DNA from: Phyllobates terribilis
Lineage: Eukaryota
Direction of reading: 5' to 3'
NCBI RefSeq assembly: GCF_046119375.1
Contig: NW_027362761.1
Span: forward strand, 736,994,001 to 737,058,000
Length of the DNA stretch: 64,000 bases
A program made the position numbers and the translations under genes. This document shows positions 25,651 to 38,520 of the stretch, piece by piece. The notes under the pieces are model-generated. The model searched no databases and was not told the origin of the DNA. It saw only the letters and a list, made by a program, of their open reading frames with translations. Within the stretch, counting starts at the first letter, position 1, and every line of letters starts with the position of its first letter.

Positions 25651-28600
25651 GTGTGGGGTTCCCCGTAATTTTAGTCTCTAGCGGAGGTTAAGCAGACGGC
25701 TGGGGCAGATGTTTGAAGCCTGGGAAGGGGGTAATACCCACGGAGCTTCCCAGGCTACTAATATCAGCCCCCAGCTGAATACCTAGCCTTTACTAGCTAT
25801 TAAAATGGGGGACCTCCCAAAAAATGACGTGGGGTCCCCCCTATTTTAATAGCTAGCAAAGGCTAGGCAGACAGCTGGGGGCTGATATTAATAGCCCAGG
25901 AAGGGTGCCATGAATATTGGCCCCCTCCCAGGCTAGAAACACTAGCCGTCAGCCGCCCCAGAAATGGCAGATCCATAGGATGTGCCAATTCTGGCACTTA
26001 GCCTCGCTCTTCCCACTGCCCTGTAGCGGTGGCAGTGGGGTAATAGGGTTGGGGTTGATGTCAGCTTATAATGCCAGCTGACATCAAGCCCAGGTTAGTA
26101 ATGGAGAGGCATCTATAAGACACCCCCATTACTAACCCCATAGTCAAAGTTAAAAAAAACACAAACACCCAGAATAAAGTCCTTTAATTGAAATAAAGAC
26201 ACATTCCTTTAATGTTCTAAATTAAACCCTACTTACCGTATCACCCATTCCAGCTGAAGCCAACGATCTCCTGCAATAAAAATAAAATAATAAACCAACC
26301 TCATCCTTACCTTTCCATGATTCCCAGGACAGCTTCAGCTCTGCTACATTGACATGACAGGCTGGAGCGCAGCAGAACGCTGCCATCCAGCTTGCCATGC
26401 CGCAGACATTGAGAAGCTCCTCAGTGAAGCTCCTCAGTGTCTGGCTGTGACGGCATCCAGATGAGCCGAGTTCATGTCCAATGAACTGAGCTCACCTCAT
26501 GCACGTCACTGACAGCGTGGGAGAATTCTCCTGCGCTCACCGCTTGAGCAGGAGACTCCTCCTCTTCTTCTAGGACAACCACCTCCTGCCGCACGCTATT
26601 CAAAGTCTTCTACAGCATGTAGATGACCGGAATAATGATGCTGATGATGGCATTGTCAGCGCTAACTAGTTTAGTAGCCATTTCAAAACTGTGCCGGACA
26701 CGCGCGCGGGACAGCGAGGGGCCGGAGAACACGCGCACCACCAAGATAAGAGAAGAAGACACTACGTTTGGAATAAGGGGAAGAGACAAAGAGCATTTAT
26801 CCAAATCTCAAAATAAATGAGAGATTAGGTAAAATGCGCTCAATCCCAACAGCATAACAGAATAACCTAGTGGGGCATCCATACAATAGAGTTCACCATA
26901 AAATCTCATACATAGGTCCCTTATATTCCCAGGGGATCACTCAAAAGGTATATAAACCAGATACATTAGTACAGTTCAACGTGAGTCAATTTCCCTCCAA
27001 GGGAAAGAAAAGGACAATGAGGAAGTCTTGAAAGATGCTCCATCTTGTCAGCTGTAGAGTGTCTTGAACATCAAATTAAAGGAGGTCCATAAAGAGGGTG
27101 CACAATGACAATTAGTTAGTAGCCCAACATCTAAAAGAGTGAAGAAAAGCACAAAATTAAAAACAAAAGTAAAAACGAGCTAAAAACTGAAGCACGGACT
27201 GAAAGATCAGAGAAAGAGTAACACTGAGGGAGAGCACCACAAGACAAAAAGGCCATATCATAAAAATGAGGAGAAACCCAAATTTTCATTAAGACCACGC
27301 GGTACCAGGGTATCCAGGACGCTAATCCATCCGGCTTCCTTTTGCGCAAGGCAAAGTTTATAGTCACCGCCCCGAGAGCCCAGATGCACCACATCAATGC
27401 CACGCACCATCAGGCTGCGTGGGTCACAACCATGAACTTTTTTAAAATGTCGTGGTAGTGTTCTAAGCTCCCGGGGGTCCGACACAGATTTGGCTGCGCC
27501 AATGTCCCGCACATGCTCCCGCACCCGAATCCTTAGTTCCCTCGTAGTAAGTCCTACGTAGATTTTCTGGCAACTGCACGTGGCATAATAAACCACGTGT
27601 GTTATACTACAGGAGATGTATTTCGAAATTTGGTAGGTGCTGGAGCCATCCGAAGTCGTAAAGGATGAGCAGCGAAGGACATTGGCGCAAGCCAAGCAGT
27701 GGCCACATGGATAGGATCCAACCCTGGGCCGGCGTGACCCAAAAGGGTTAGGTGCTGGTGGGATGTAGTGACTAGACGTAACCAGATCGCCCAAAATTTT
27801 GGCTCATCTGGCAGTCATGAGTGGAAATTGTCCCACCACGTCCCTAAGGGAGGGCTCCGCGCCAAGAACATTCCAATGTCGCGAGATGACCCGCCTCATA
27901 GTTTCCCACTCATGGTTATAGGTGGAAATGAAGCGGGTCCTCTCAGGGAACCCAGAAGGGGGTCTCCGAGAGGGGTAAAGGAGATGACTGCGGGGGGTGC
28001 TGCGGGCTCTACCGTAGCCACGGCCAATGCATCGATTGCTGTAACCTCTCTGTTTGCAACGTTCCGTCAGGTCCGCCGCCTGCTTCTCAAATTTAGCATC
28101 CGTAGAACAGATGCGCTTAATCCTAAGGAACTGTCCGACCGGGACGGCCCTAATTGTTGAAGAAGTATGTCCAGAGGCAGCATGCACCAACGAGTTCACA
28201 GCCGTGGGCTTCCTGTAGATGTCAGTCTGGATGGAGGAGTGTGAGTCCACCTCCAGAGTGACGTCCAGGAAGTCCATACGTGTGAGGCTGTGAATATACG
28301 TGAGTTTAATCCCCCACTCATTGGCATTTAGCTGTCTCATGAAGTCGTCAAGCTCCTCCACAGAACCCCGCCAAAAGAATAAGACATCATCGATATACCT
28401 GAGCCATGTCACAACCTGGCTGGCACAACATCGCCCCCAAAAATTTCCCTCTCCCACGCACCGAGGAAGAGGTTTGCATACGAAGGCGCACAGGCCGCAC
28501 CCATGGCTGTGCCACGTCGCTGCAGGTATACCGTGTCTTTGAAAAGAAAATATTTATGGCAAATGATAAAGCGGAGGAGCTCGAGGATAAATTCACGTGA

Positions 28601-29378
28601 AGGGCCGTCCAGGTCGGAGGTCCCAAGGAAAAGACGAGCAGACGCTAGGCCAAGGTCATGACCAATGCAGGTATACAGACTCTCGACATCGGCCGTGACA
28701 ATGATAGTGCCCGGTTCCAAGGAGACGCCATCAACCCTAGTAAGGACGTCCGTCGTGTCCTTGACAGAGGATGGAAGGGTCTCTACAAGTGGTCTCAAGA
28801 GACTATCAACATATTGAGAGATTGGACCACAGAGACCCCCAAACCTGACACGATCGGACGTCCTGGAGGGCTGGTGGCGTCCTTGTGTACCTTAGGAAGT
28901 AGATAAAAGGTAGCTGCTTTGGGGGAACGTGCAGTCAGAGCCTCCACAGTCCTCTTATCTATAATACCCCTCTCGCAGGCCCGAGCCAGGATTCCCTGTA
29001 GGGTAGCGGAGAAGGAGGTCGTGGGATTGTACGGCAGCCTAGAGTAAGTGTCCTTATCTCTCAGCTGTCGCAATGCCTCCCTCTCATATTTATAGTGGGG
29101 CCACAGGACGATGTTTCCTCCCTGGTCTGTTGGTTTAATAACCATGTCCTTAAGTTTTTTGAGTTAACCAGGGATTGAAGCTTGAAGAGGACAATTTGCA
29201 TATTCCAGGTGCCTTCTGGGAAAAGCGAAGAGTCTCCTTCAGCTAGAAGATCGTTGGGTACAGCCGGGACCAGCTGCTTGGAAAGCATCGCCAAACCGCC
29301 AAAATTTGTTTAATTTGTTTGTCCTAGGGTATCACAAGAAAGAAGACAGACATCAAGTCAGCAGGGACAAGGAGCAGC

Positions 29379-30337
29379 ATGGCAGATGTGACAACCTACA
29401 TGGTGAGCTGCAACATGTGCTACATGTTCACAGATCGACCAGAAGCTGAAACCAACTTCACCTGCCAGAAGTGTAGACTACTGGCTCTTTTAGAAGAAAA
29501 GGTGCGGGGACTGGAAGAAAGAATTGCGACATTAAAACTCATCAAGGAAAATGAAGACTTCCTGGACAGAACAGAAGCGTCACTACTGGTCACGGAAAGT
29601 CAAGGAAGCATCAGAGAACCTCCAGAGGCAGACAAGTGGAGGCAAGTGACCAAAAGAAGCAAGAAGACCATGGAGACACCACCAACCACACAACTGAGAA
29701 ACAGATTCCAAGGACTAGTGGAGGACGAAGATGGCACACCTAAGGATGAGGAACTACCAGCAAGCAAAAAAGGAAAGAGCACCCAGAAACACCCAGAAGC
29801 GACAAGAAAAAGGACAGCCAAGAAGGGAAGAAGAGTGGTGGTGGTGGGAGACTCACTACTGAGAGGAACAGAAGCAGCTATCTGCAGACCGGACATAACC
29901 GCAAGAGAAGTATGCTGCCTCCCAGGGGCAAAGATCAAGGATGTTACCGATAGGATACCGAAGCTCATCAGTTCCAAGGATGTCCACCCATTTCTTCTGA
30001 TACATGTTGGCACCAATGACACGGCAAAGAAGGACCTACCGACAATCTGCAAGGACTTTGAAGCATTGGGGAAGAAAGTAAAAGAACTGGATGCGCAGGT
30101 AGTTTTTTCTTCTATCCTTCCAGTAGACGGGCATGGCGTCAGGAGATGGAACAGGATCCTTGAGGTGAACAACTGGCTGAGACGATAGTGCAGACAACAA
30201 GGATTTGGATTCCTGGACCACGGTGTGAATTACCTCTATGACGGACTCCTTGCCAGAGACGGACTACACCTCAACAAACCCGGGAAACACACATTCGCCA
30301 GGAGACTCGCAACACTCATCAGGAGGGCGTTAAACTA
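29379..30337 (+). pseudogene. CR1 ORF1 (Cys zinc finger, coiled coil, SGNH esterase) with one premature TAG at 30186-30188
   Basis: CNMC...CQKC, GDSLLRG, HVGTND. Reading through the TAG gives CRQQGFGFLDH...RDGLHLN...RRALN*. Confidence 0.9.
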
Positions 30338-30349
30338 GAAGAAGAGGGG

Positions 30350-33281
30350 ATGGGAAGAAAAACGCCGGACACGATCATGCAACCAGAGAACATACTAATG
30401 AAAGATATGAAGTGCGACAAAGAAGGTCCAAGACAAGATACTTGGAAGGGAGGTAAGAAAATTTCTAATACAATCCACAGGGAGAAGATTGGAACAAAAC
30501 AAAATCGTGTAAACTGCGTGCTAGCAAATGCCAGGAGCCTGACAAACAAGATGGATGAACTGGAAGCAGAAATATCTACAGGTAACTATGACATAGTGGG
30601 AATAACCGAGACATGGTTAGATGAAAGCTATGACTGGGCAGTTAACTTACAGGGTTACAGTCTGTTTAGAAGGGATCGAAGAAGTCGGAAAGGGGGTGGA
30701 GTCTGTCTATATGTAAAGACGTGTCTAAAGCCTACAATACGGGAGGATGTATGGGAGGGAAATGAGGAGGTCGAGTCCTTATGGGTGGAGATACATGGGG
30801 CAAAAAACAATAATAAAATTATCATAGGAGTCTGTTATAAACCACCAAATATAGCAGAAACCACGGAAAGTCTATTAATGAGACAAATAGACGAAGTAGC
30901 AAAAAATAATGGGGGACTTCAACTACCCCGATATAGACTGGGAAACCGAAAGCTGTAGATCTCAGAAAGGAAACAGGTTTCTGTCAATTATCAAAGACAA
31001 TTATTTGTCACAACTTGTGCAGGAACCAACTAGAGGGACGGCCCTTTTAGACTTAATATTAACTAACAGGCCAGACAGAATAACTGAGGTGCAGGTCGGG
31101 GGGCACCTGGGAAATAGTGACCACAACATTATACAATTCCACATGTGCTTCAGTAGGGTGCCCAGCAAGGGAGTCACAAAAACACTGAACTTTAGGAGGG
31201 CAAAGTTTGATCAGCTAAGAGATGCCCTTCACCTTATAGACTGGGATAGTATCTTTAGTAATAGGAGCACGGATAGAAAATGGGACATTTTCAAAACAGT
31301 CCTACATAGTCACTGTAGAAGGTACATACCTTATGGGAATAAAAGGGCTAGGAATAGGAGGAAGCCAATGTGGCTAAATAAGGAAGTCAAGAGGGCAATG
31401 AAAAACAAAAAAAGGGCTTTCGGTAAACTTAAACAAGAAGGCAGCGAGGAAGCGCTAATATCTTATAGGGAAAAAAACAAAATCTGTAAGAAACAAATAA
31501 GAATAGCAAAAGAGGAGACAGAGAGACTAATTGCCAAGGAAAGTAAAACGAATCCCAAACTGTTCTTTAACTATATAAACAGTAAAAGGATTAAAACTGA
31601 TGGAGTTGGCCCATTGAAAAATAACCTGGGTAAAATCATAGAGGGCGATGAGGGTAAAGCAAACCTACTCAATAGCTTCTTCTCCACTGTTTTCACAAAA
31701 GAAAACAATTTATCGGAGGAAATGCAGAGTGATAAAGTAAATGCTCCGCTAAATATCACCCACCTAACCCAGGGGGAAGTTCAGAAACGCCTAAATAATA
31801 TCAAAATAGACAAGTCACCAGGCCCAGATGACATACACCCCCGGGTACTAAAAGAATTAAGTAATGTGATAGACAGGCCGCTGTATCTTATATTCAAGCA
31901 CTCTTTATGGACAGGGACTGTCCCACTAGACTGGCGCCAAGCAAATGTGGTACCAATATTCAAAAAGGGGTCTAAAAGTGACCCTGGGAACTATAGACCA
32001 GTCAGCTTAACGTCTGTTGTGGGTAAATTGTTTGAAGGATTTCTTAGAGATGCTATTGTAGAATATCTTAATGATAATAACTGTCTAACTCCATATCAAC
32101 ATGGATTCATGAGGGATCGCTCCTGCCAAACAAACCTGATCGCCTTCTACGAGGAGGTGAGCTCACAGCTGGACTGCGGAGAGTCAGTGGATGTTGTATA
32201 CCTTGACTTCTCCAAAGCGTTTGATACCGTGCCACACAAAAGGTTGGTATATAAAATGAGAATGCTTGGTCTGGGGGATAATGTGTGCAAGTGGGTAAAT
32301 AGCTGGCTGAGTGATAGAAAGCAGAGGGTGGTTATCAATGGAGTAAGCTCAGGGGGTGTCAGGGTTACTAGCGGGGTGCCTCAAGGGTCTGTCTTGGGCC
32401 CTATATTATTTAATATATTTATTAATGATCTAGTGGAAGGGTTGCATAGTAAAATAGCAATATTTGCAGATGATACTAAACTTTGTAAAGTAGTTAATAC
32501 AGATGAGGACAGGGCACAGCTACAGGAGGATTTAGATAAATTGGGGAGTTGGGCCAAAAAATGGCAAATGGGGTTCAATGCCGATAAATGTAAGGTCATG
32601 CACATGGGAAAGAAAAACAGCAGTCACCCATACATATTAAATGGGAAACCGTTGGGGAAATCTGACATGGAGAAGGACCTGGGCGTCTTGGTTAACAGCA
32701 AATTAAATTGGAGTGCCCAGTGTCAGGCAGCAGCTGCGAAGGCAAATAGAGTCATGGCATGCATCAGAAGAGGAATAGGGGCATATGATGAGAACATTGT
32801 TCTTCCTCTGTATAAAGCGCTGGTAAGGCCGCACTTAGAATATTGTGCACAGTTCTGGGCTCCGGTGCTCAGGAAAGACATATTGGAGCTAGAGAGGGTA
32901 CAAAGGAGGGCAACTAAGGTAATAAAGGGAATGGAGGGACTAGAATACCCAGAGAGGTTGTCAAAATTAGGCCTATTTACATTGGAAAAGAGAAGGCTTA
33001 GGGGAGACCTCATAAACATGTATAAATACATCAGGGGGCAGTACAGAGATCTCTCCCATGACCTGTTTATACCAAGGATAGTGACAAAGACGAGGGGGCA
33101 CACTATGCGTCTGGAGGAAAGGAGGTTCCTGCACCAGCATAGAAGGGGATTCTTTACGGTCAGAGCCGTGAGACTCTGGAACTCTCTGGGAGAGGAAGTG
33201 GTGATGTCCAACTCACTTAATGAGTTCAAGAGAGGCCTGGACGCCTTTCTTGAGAACAATAAAATTACATCTTATGCTTAG
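30350..33281 (+). pseudogene. CR1 ORF2 (APE endonuclease + RT) with one frameshift near 30909
   Basis: ANARSL, GITETW, GDFNYP, SDHN, YLDFSKAFD, GVPQGSVLGP, FADDTK; 790 aa open after the frameshift. Confidence 0.93.
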
Positions 33282-34693
33282 TTAATTAATCCAGGGATTT
33301 AATCTTACTGCCAGATTGGTGTCGGGAAGTGAATTTTTCCTCAGTGATGTAAATTGGCCTATACCTCATGGTTTTTTTGTTGCCTTCCCCTGGATCAACG
33401 CTGCGGAATAGCTGCAGTGCACAAGAAATAGGCTGAACTGGATGAACGCTTGTCTTTTTTCGGCCTTATAAACTATGTAAATATGTAACTATGTAACTAT
33501 GAGTTGTTGAATCGCTTGACGTTGGGCGGAGGTTAAATTGTCAATCTTTCTCCGTGTGGAGAGTTTTATAAAATCCTCCGCCACTAAGTTGACAAAAATT
33601 TCCACTGCCGGACAAATAGACAAGGGAGGGAACCTCGTTGATTTGGGGTTCCTAATCTGTGGTAACCCACCTGTGGGAGGAGTCGTTTGTTTCAAAAAGA
33701 GGTCCTCCAGATGTTGTAGGGCCTCCTCCTCCGCCACCACCGGGTCATGATCACCATCCGACCTGAAATGGAGTTTTTTTAGAATCAGTTTCCGAGCAAA
33801 CAGATGGAGGTCCTTAAGGGCCGTGAAATAGTCAAAAGAATTTGTAGGGGAAAATGACAGGCCAATACTAAGGACCTCCATCTGTGTCTCAGTCAAAACA
33901 TGATTGGTTAAGTTCATAACACGGAGCCCCCCCCGGGGATCACCAACCTGGTATGGGGTTGTCCGCTTCCTCCTATTGTTCGGTCTCGTTTGGATACGTT
34001 CAGTTAGTTGAGTAAAGGAGCCACCCTGGGAGTCCACGCTAGTAACTGGTATCTGATTCTCACTAGAGGTTCCAGAGGCATTTGAAGTGGACCTGGACCG
34101 TACATGTGAGTTGTTGCGAGACCTAGGCCTTCGATTTTCAACTGGTGATCGCCACCGATACACTCTATGGGTGAACTTATCCTGTGTATCGCGTTGAAAT
34201 TTTTTTATTTTCATTGTTTGGATTTCTTTAACAAGTTTCTGACAATCCACGTCAACCTCCTCATTAAGTTTCTTAAGGTCATCACTAGATAGATCCTTCC
34301 TAAGTTGTCCTTGTAGGAGATCAATCTCTAATTCTAACTCCCGAAGAGATTTTTCATTCTGCTCTTTGAGGAGACCCAAAAAGCGCAGAGAGCAGGTGTT
34401 AGCCAGAGATTCCCAGTTATTTTTAAATGACTCATCTTCAATTTTAAAAGAAGGAAAGATCAGTATACTCAGGCCTCTGGGGATCAGAGCTTTCTCAATA
34501 TATTTGGTTAGAAAGGCATGGCTCCACCAGGTTCGACATCTCCGTTTAATTAAGACCTTGAAACTGGTAAAGCTCTCCCTCAGTCTCTGATCTGTGTCCA
34601 GCACCACCAAACTCCCATTGCTAGATAAGTCATCTAACTGCGCGAGCCAAGTGGTGTCTCGTGCACGAAAATCCATTATGGGCCAGGCAAGAA

Positions 34694-35269
34694 CTGTAAA
34701 AATACAGAGAAACATATATGTAAGAAGAAAACTGGCCAAATGCATAATATAAGACGAACCATGGTGCTAAGACAATTTGTCAAGCACCAGGTTCGTATTG
34801 CCTACTCATTAGTAACATGCAAAAAAAGGGGAGAACACAAGAGCAACATGGCAAAGAGACAAAATCTTTATTAATAATAAATTACCAAAGTGATAAAAGT
34901 TATACAAAAATGACAAGGCAAGGGGATAAGGAGAGAAGGTGCCAGAGACAAGGCATTTCCTGGAAATCAAACGCTGGGCAGTCCAAACCTTATGGGTACA
35001 TGTAGGTATAGAGACAATGGAGTAAGACATGGATATATAACCAAATAGATCCGAGGGTATGGACAGTCCATCAGTAAAGAGACCACCCCACTATGAGACA
35101 GAAAACAGCTCGGCAAACATAAGAATAAATATCATGTGCAAATTGCAAACAGTAAATGGTAGCCGAGATAAGATTCAAGTCTGAAAATTAGGTATATACA
35201 TATCTTACACCATATTTATATGGGTTGCAGTGTCCAACAAGTACCCAGAGTATGGTTTAAATTACTCAC
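34694..35269 (-). other. Putative spliceosomal intron in the Penelope 5' leader
   Basis: Donor GG|GTGAGTAA at 35269 and acceptor TTTTTACAG ending at 34694, 17 nt before the ATG at 34676. Confidence 0.55.
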
Positions 35270-35345
35270 CCAGCCAAAATAAACACAGGTGAGGGAGAGC
35301 CCGCGGATGCCAGGAAAGCCCCAGAAAGTGCTGCCAGTAAGGAAT

Positions 35346-35386
35346 GCGCCCCGACGCGTGTTTCGCCTATCTTTATCAAGAGGCGC
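35346..35386 (-). ncRNA. Minimal type-I hammerhead ribozyme with the U3-A8 covariant core in the Penelope leader
   Basis: GCGCCUC UUGAUAA A G-AUAGG-C GAAAC ACGC GUC GGGGCGC: 7-bp stem I, 1-bp stem II, short stem III, GUC cleavage triplet. Confidence 0.75.
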
Positions 35387-37028
35387 TGCATAGTGCACCT
35401 AAAAGGACCTGATTATATACGCCCCCATCCAGTCACATGATTCAGTGAGAGAGGGGGACTCATTGGTGTATAGCGGCGCGTGTGCCCGGAACCACGCCCC
35501 CCCGCTGCACGCGTCACAGCCGTCAGGTCCCGACACGCGCCCGGGGGTGCGCCCAGGAAACGCCCCCAGAGGCGTGCCAGGGACGGAGAGACAGCCGGAC
35601 ACGCGCGCGGGACAGCGAGAGGCCGGAGAACACGCGCACCACCAAGATAAGAGAAGAAGACACTACGTTTGGAATTCTAACTAGTTTAGTAGCCATTTCA
35701 AAACTGTGCAGAAGGGTACAGAGGTCCTTAATATGGTCCCATTCCATAAACGTGATATGCCCCACGTCCGTACTGCATTGGATTAGGCTATACGACATGA
35801 CATACTGTGTCAGGGCTCGTGCCATAGTTGCTGCAACATGTGCAGAGTGGAATTCCACTGCGTCGGCAACATTGCATATCAACCTGTTAACTGACATAGA
35901 CAAAGACCTCTGTATTGATGCAAATCGATGACATGAGGCATGCGAACGGCGGAAGTGAGCACACAGCTTCCGTACTTTCTGAAGCAGTTCATCCAGGCCG
36001 GGATAGTGGTGAAGAAATCACTGTACCACCAGGTTGAGGACGTGAGCCATGCAAGGCACGTGTGTGAGTTTGCCTCGGCGTAGGACCGCCAACAGGTTCA
36101 CACCGTTATCGCACACGGCCTTTCCTGGCTCCAGGTTCAGCGGAGACTGCCATTGCTGAAACTGAGCCTGGAGAGCCATCCACAACTCTTCAGCTGTATG
36201 ACTGCGATCTCCAAGGGATATTAAATTGAAGACTGCCTAATTGCGGTGAGCACTGGCTGCGCAGTACGGAGGTGGTGTTGATTCGCTCAGCACTGTTGAA
36301 TGCGTGTCTCGTTAAGGCAGAGGTTGATTGCGCAGGTGGAGGCCCTAGAGGAGGTGGAGGATGCAGAAGCAGTGGAGGAAGTGTGAAATACAGAGGTTTC
36401 TTCTGCAAGCCTTGGGGATTCCAAGATTTGTGGAGCAGCCCCTTCCCAGACTGTCCCCACAGCCACCAGAGTCACCCAGTGCCCAGAAAGCGAGATGTGA
36501 CGCCCTTGGCCATGCTTACTCGTCCAGGTGTCTGTGGTTAAATGCACCTTGGCAGATATAGATTTAGTCAAGGAACGGGTGATGTTGTCTGTGACATGCT
36601 GGTGTAGCGCAGGCACAACTTTCTTAGAGAAGTAATGGCGACTGGGCAACTGGTACTGGGGGACTGTGATGACCATCAACTTTCGGAAACAGTCTGTATC
36701 TACCGTCTGAAAGGCAGCATTTCCGTGGCCAACTGATTTGAGATGGTGGAATTCAATTTCTTAGCTTTGTCATGTGCAGGATGAAACAATCTTTTACGTG
36801 ACCACAACTGCGGGACCGAGGGCTGGCTGCGGTGCTGAGAGAGGGCGGAGTACCAAGCTTATTCCTCCTTCCACCACAACCTCTCTTTTTCCCACTCATG
36901 TTGCTCAGATACTGCAGTAGGAGCACGCTATTAGCAAGACAAAATTACATATTTTCCTCTGCAACAGTTCTGCACACCTGAATTTCAGTGGCACTAAATG
37001 ACAAGGTAAGATATGTCTTCCTGTATAA

Positions 37029-37521
37029 TCACAAGCAAGAATAGAAGGAAAGGCAGCACTCACCCAGTCTTCTTTAAAACGTTCCTTTATTTTTGTGTGC
37101 GGAGCATTTCAGCGTGCAGCTTTGGACTGAGACCCCGAAGGGTATGCGGGGGAGAGGAAAAAAGGGACAACGGCCGTTTCGCTGCCTTCCGGCGCTTCAA
37201 TGGGACCCGTTGACTTTGGACCCGTTGAAGCGCCGGAAGGCAGCGAAACGGCCGTTGTCCCTTTTTTCCTCTCCCCCGCATACCCTTCGGGGTCTCAGTC
37301 CAATGCTGCACGCTGAAATGCTCCGCACACAAAAATAAAGGAACTTTTTAAAGAAGACTGGGTGAGTGCTGCCTTTCCTTCTATTCTTGCTTGTGATTGA
37401 AATATTTCTTGGATGTGCACCACCGTTTAAGTCTTGAAGCACACAGTCTGAATTATGCCCTGGTGATTGATCCTCTGAAAAAAACAGCGTGGTGCCAGAA
37501 TGTTTCTCTTGCATTTGAACT
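37029..37521. mobile_element. Palindromic Penelope pLTR-derived mini-insertion
   Basis: 174-bp arms 37027-37200 and 37225-37398 with about 2 mismatches. 19-bp duplication GATATGTCTTCCTGTATAA at 37010-37028 and 37522-37540. AATAAA at 37334 and GGTGAGT at 37361. Confidence 0.8.
37218..37260 (+). ncRNA. Hammerhead-like motif at the palindrome centre (core mutated)
   Basis: GGAC CCGUUGA AG C-GCC-GGAA-GGC-AG C GAAAC GGCC GUU GUCC. Stem III is the palindrome ACGGCCGU. Core differs from CUGAUGA at two positions. Confidence 0.5.
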
Positions 37522-37552
37522 GATATGTCTTCCTGTATAACATTACTAACCG

Positions 37553-38520
37553 AACAAAGTATTTTTTTTTACTGTGGATGACGCCTATATAACATAGGAG
37601 ATCTTCTCCAAACTATTTCAACCTGAGACGTTCCTGCTGTATAGTGCTAAGAACAGAACAAATATTTTTTTTTACTGGGGATGACGCCTGTATAACATAG
37701 GAGATATACTCCAAACCATTTCAAACTGAGATGCTCCTGCTGTATAGTGTTAGGAACCAAAGTATTTTTTTACTGTGGATGACGCCGGTATAACATAGGA
37801 GATTTTCTCCAAACTATTTCAAACTGAGATGTCCCTGCTGTATAACTTTAGGAACCGAACAAAGTATTTTTTTTACTGGGGGGTGACGCCTGTATAACAT
37901 AGGAGATATTCTCGAAACTATTTCAAACTGAGATGTCCCTGCTGTATAATGTTAGGAACTGAACAAAGTATTTTTTTTAATGTGGATGGTGCCAATATAA
38001 CATAGGAGATATTCTCGAAACTATTTCAAAATCAGATCTAGCCTGCTGTATAACGTTAGCAACAGCACAAAATAGATTTTTTGACTCTGCACAAGCTCTG
38101 AATACAGCTGAATTTCACCGCCACTAAAAGGACTAGGTGGCTTATAGCAGAGTGTAACACGTTTGTGACAGAAAAAAATATTTTTTGGACTCTTGTCTAG
38201 CAACAGAAAAAAATATTTTCCTTTACTTTGAAAACAGCTGATGTTCACCACCACTAACGTAGTAGCTGACGTATAGCAGAGTGTATGACATTTGCCACAG
38301 AAAAAAATCGTTTGTGGACCCTGCCTAGCAAGACAAAAAATCTATTTTTTTACTTTGAAAACAGCTTAGGTTCACTGCCACTAAAATAGTAGGTGGATTT
38401 TAGCAGACTGTATCACGTTTGCCACAAAAAAAAATCTTTGGTGGACTGTGGCTAGCAATAGAAAAAATCTATTTTTTTTTACTTTGAAAACAGCTGAATT
38501 TCACCCACCCAAAAAATGAC
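37553..38520. repeat. Tandem arrays upstream of the hAT A transposase: ~102 bp x5, then ~128 bp x3-4
   Basis: AACAAAGTATTTTT recurs at ~37553, 37657, 37757, 37858 and 37962. ACTTTGAAAACAG recurs at ~38225, 38352 and 38481. Confidence 0.85.

Larger units (their letters stand above)
29166..33499 (+). mobile_element. CR1 LINE, near full length and young
   Basis: TSD TGAGTT (29160-29165, 33500-33505), (TAACTATG)n 3' tail, two ORFs. Confidence 0.95.
27258..34676 (-). pseudogene. Penelope RT + GIY-YIG polyprotein (two frameshifts, one stop, CR1 insertion)
   Basis: ORFs 33489-34745, 28795-29145, 28409-28798, 27804-28457 and 27258-27794. Removing CR1 restores QAIQQ-LKKLKD-MVIKPTD in frame. Probable start is MDFRARD at 34676. 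Confidence 0.9.
26695..35676 (-). mobile_element. Penelope-like element (Neptune-type), near full length, interrupted by CR1
   Basis: 80-bp terminal direct repeats (26695-26774, 35596-35675) and a 33-bp target duplication (26662-26694, 35677-35709). RT motifs GTAMGAACAPSYANLF and WLRYIDD, Cys linker CGHCLAC, GIY-YIG VVYYATC..IYVGLT..RVREH. Confidence 0.92.
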
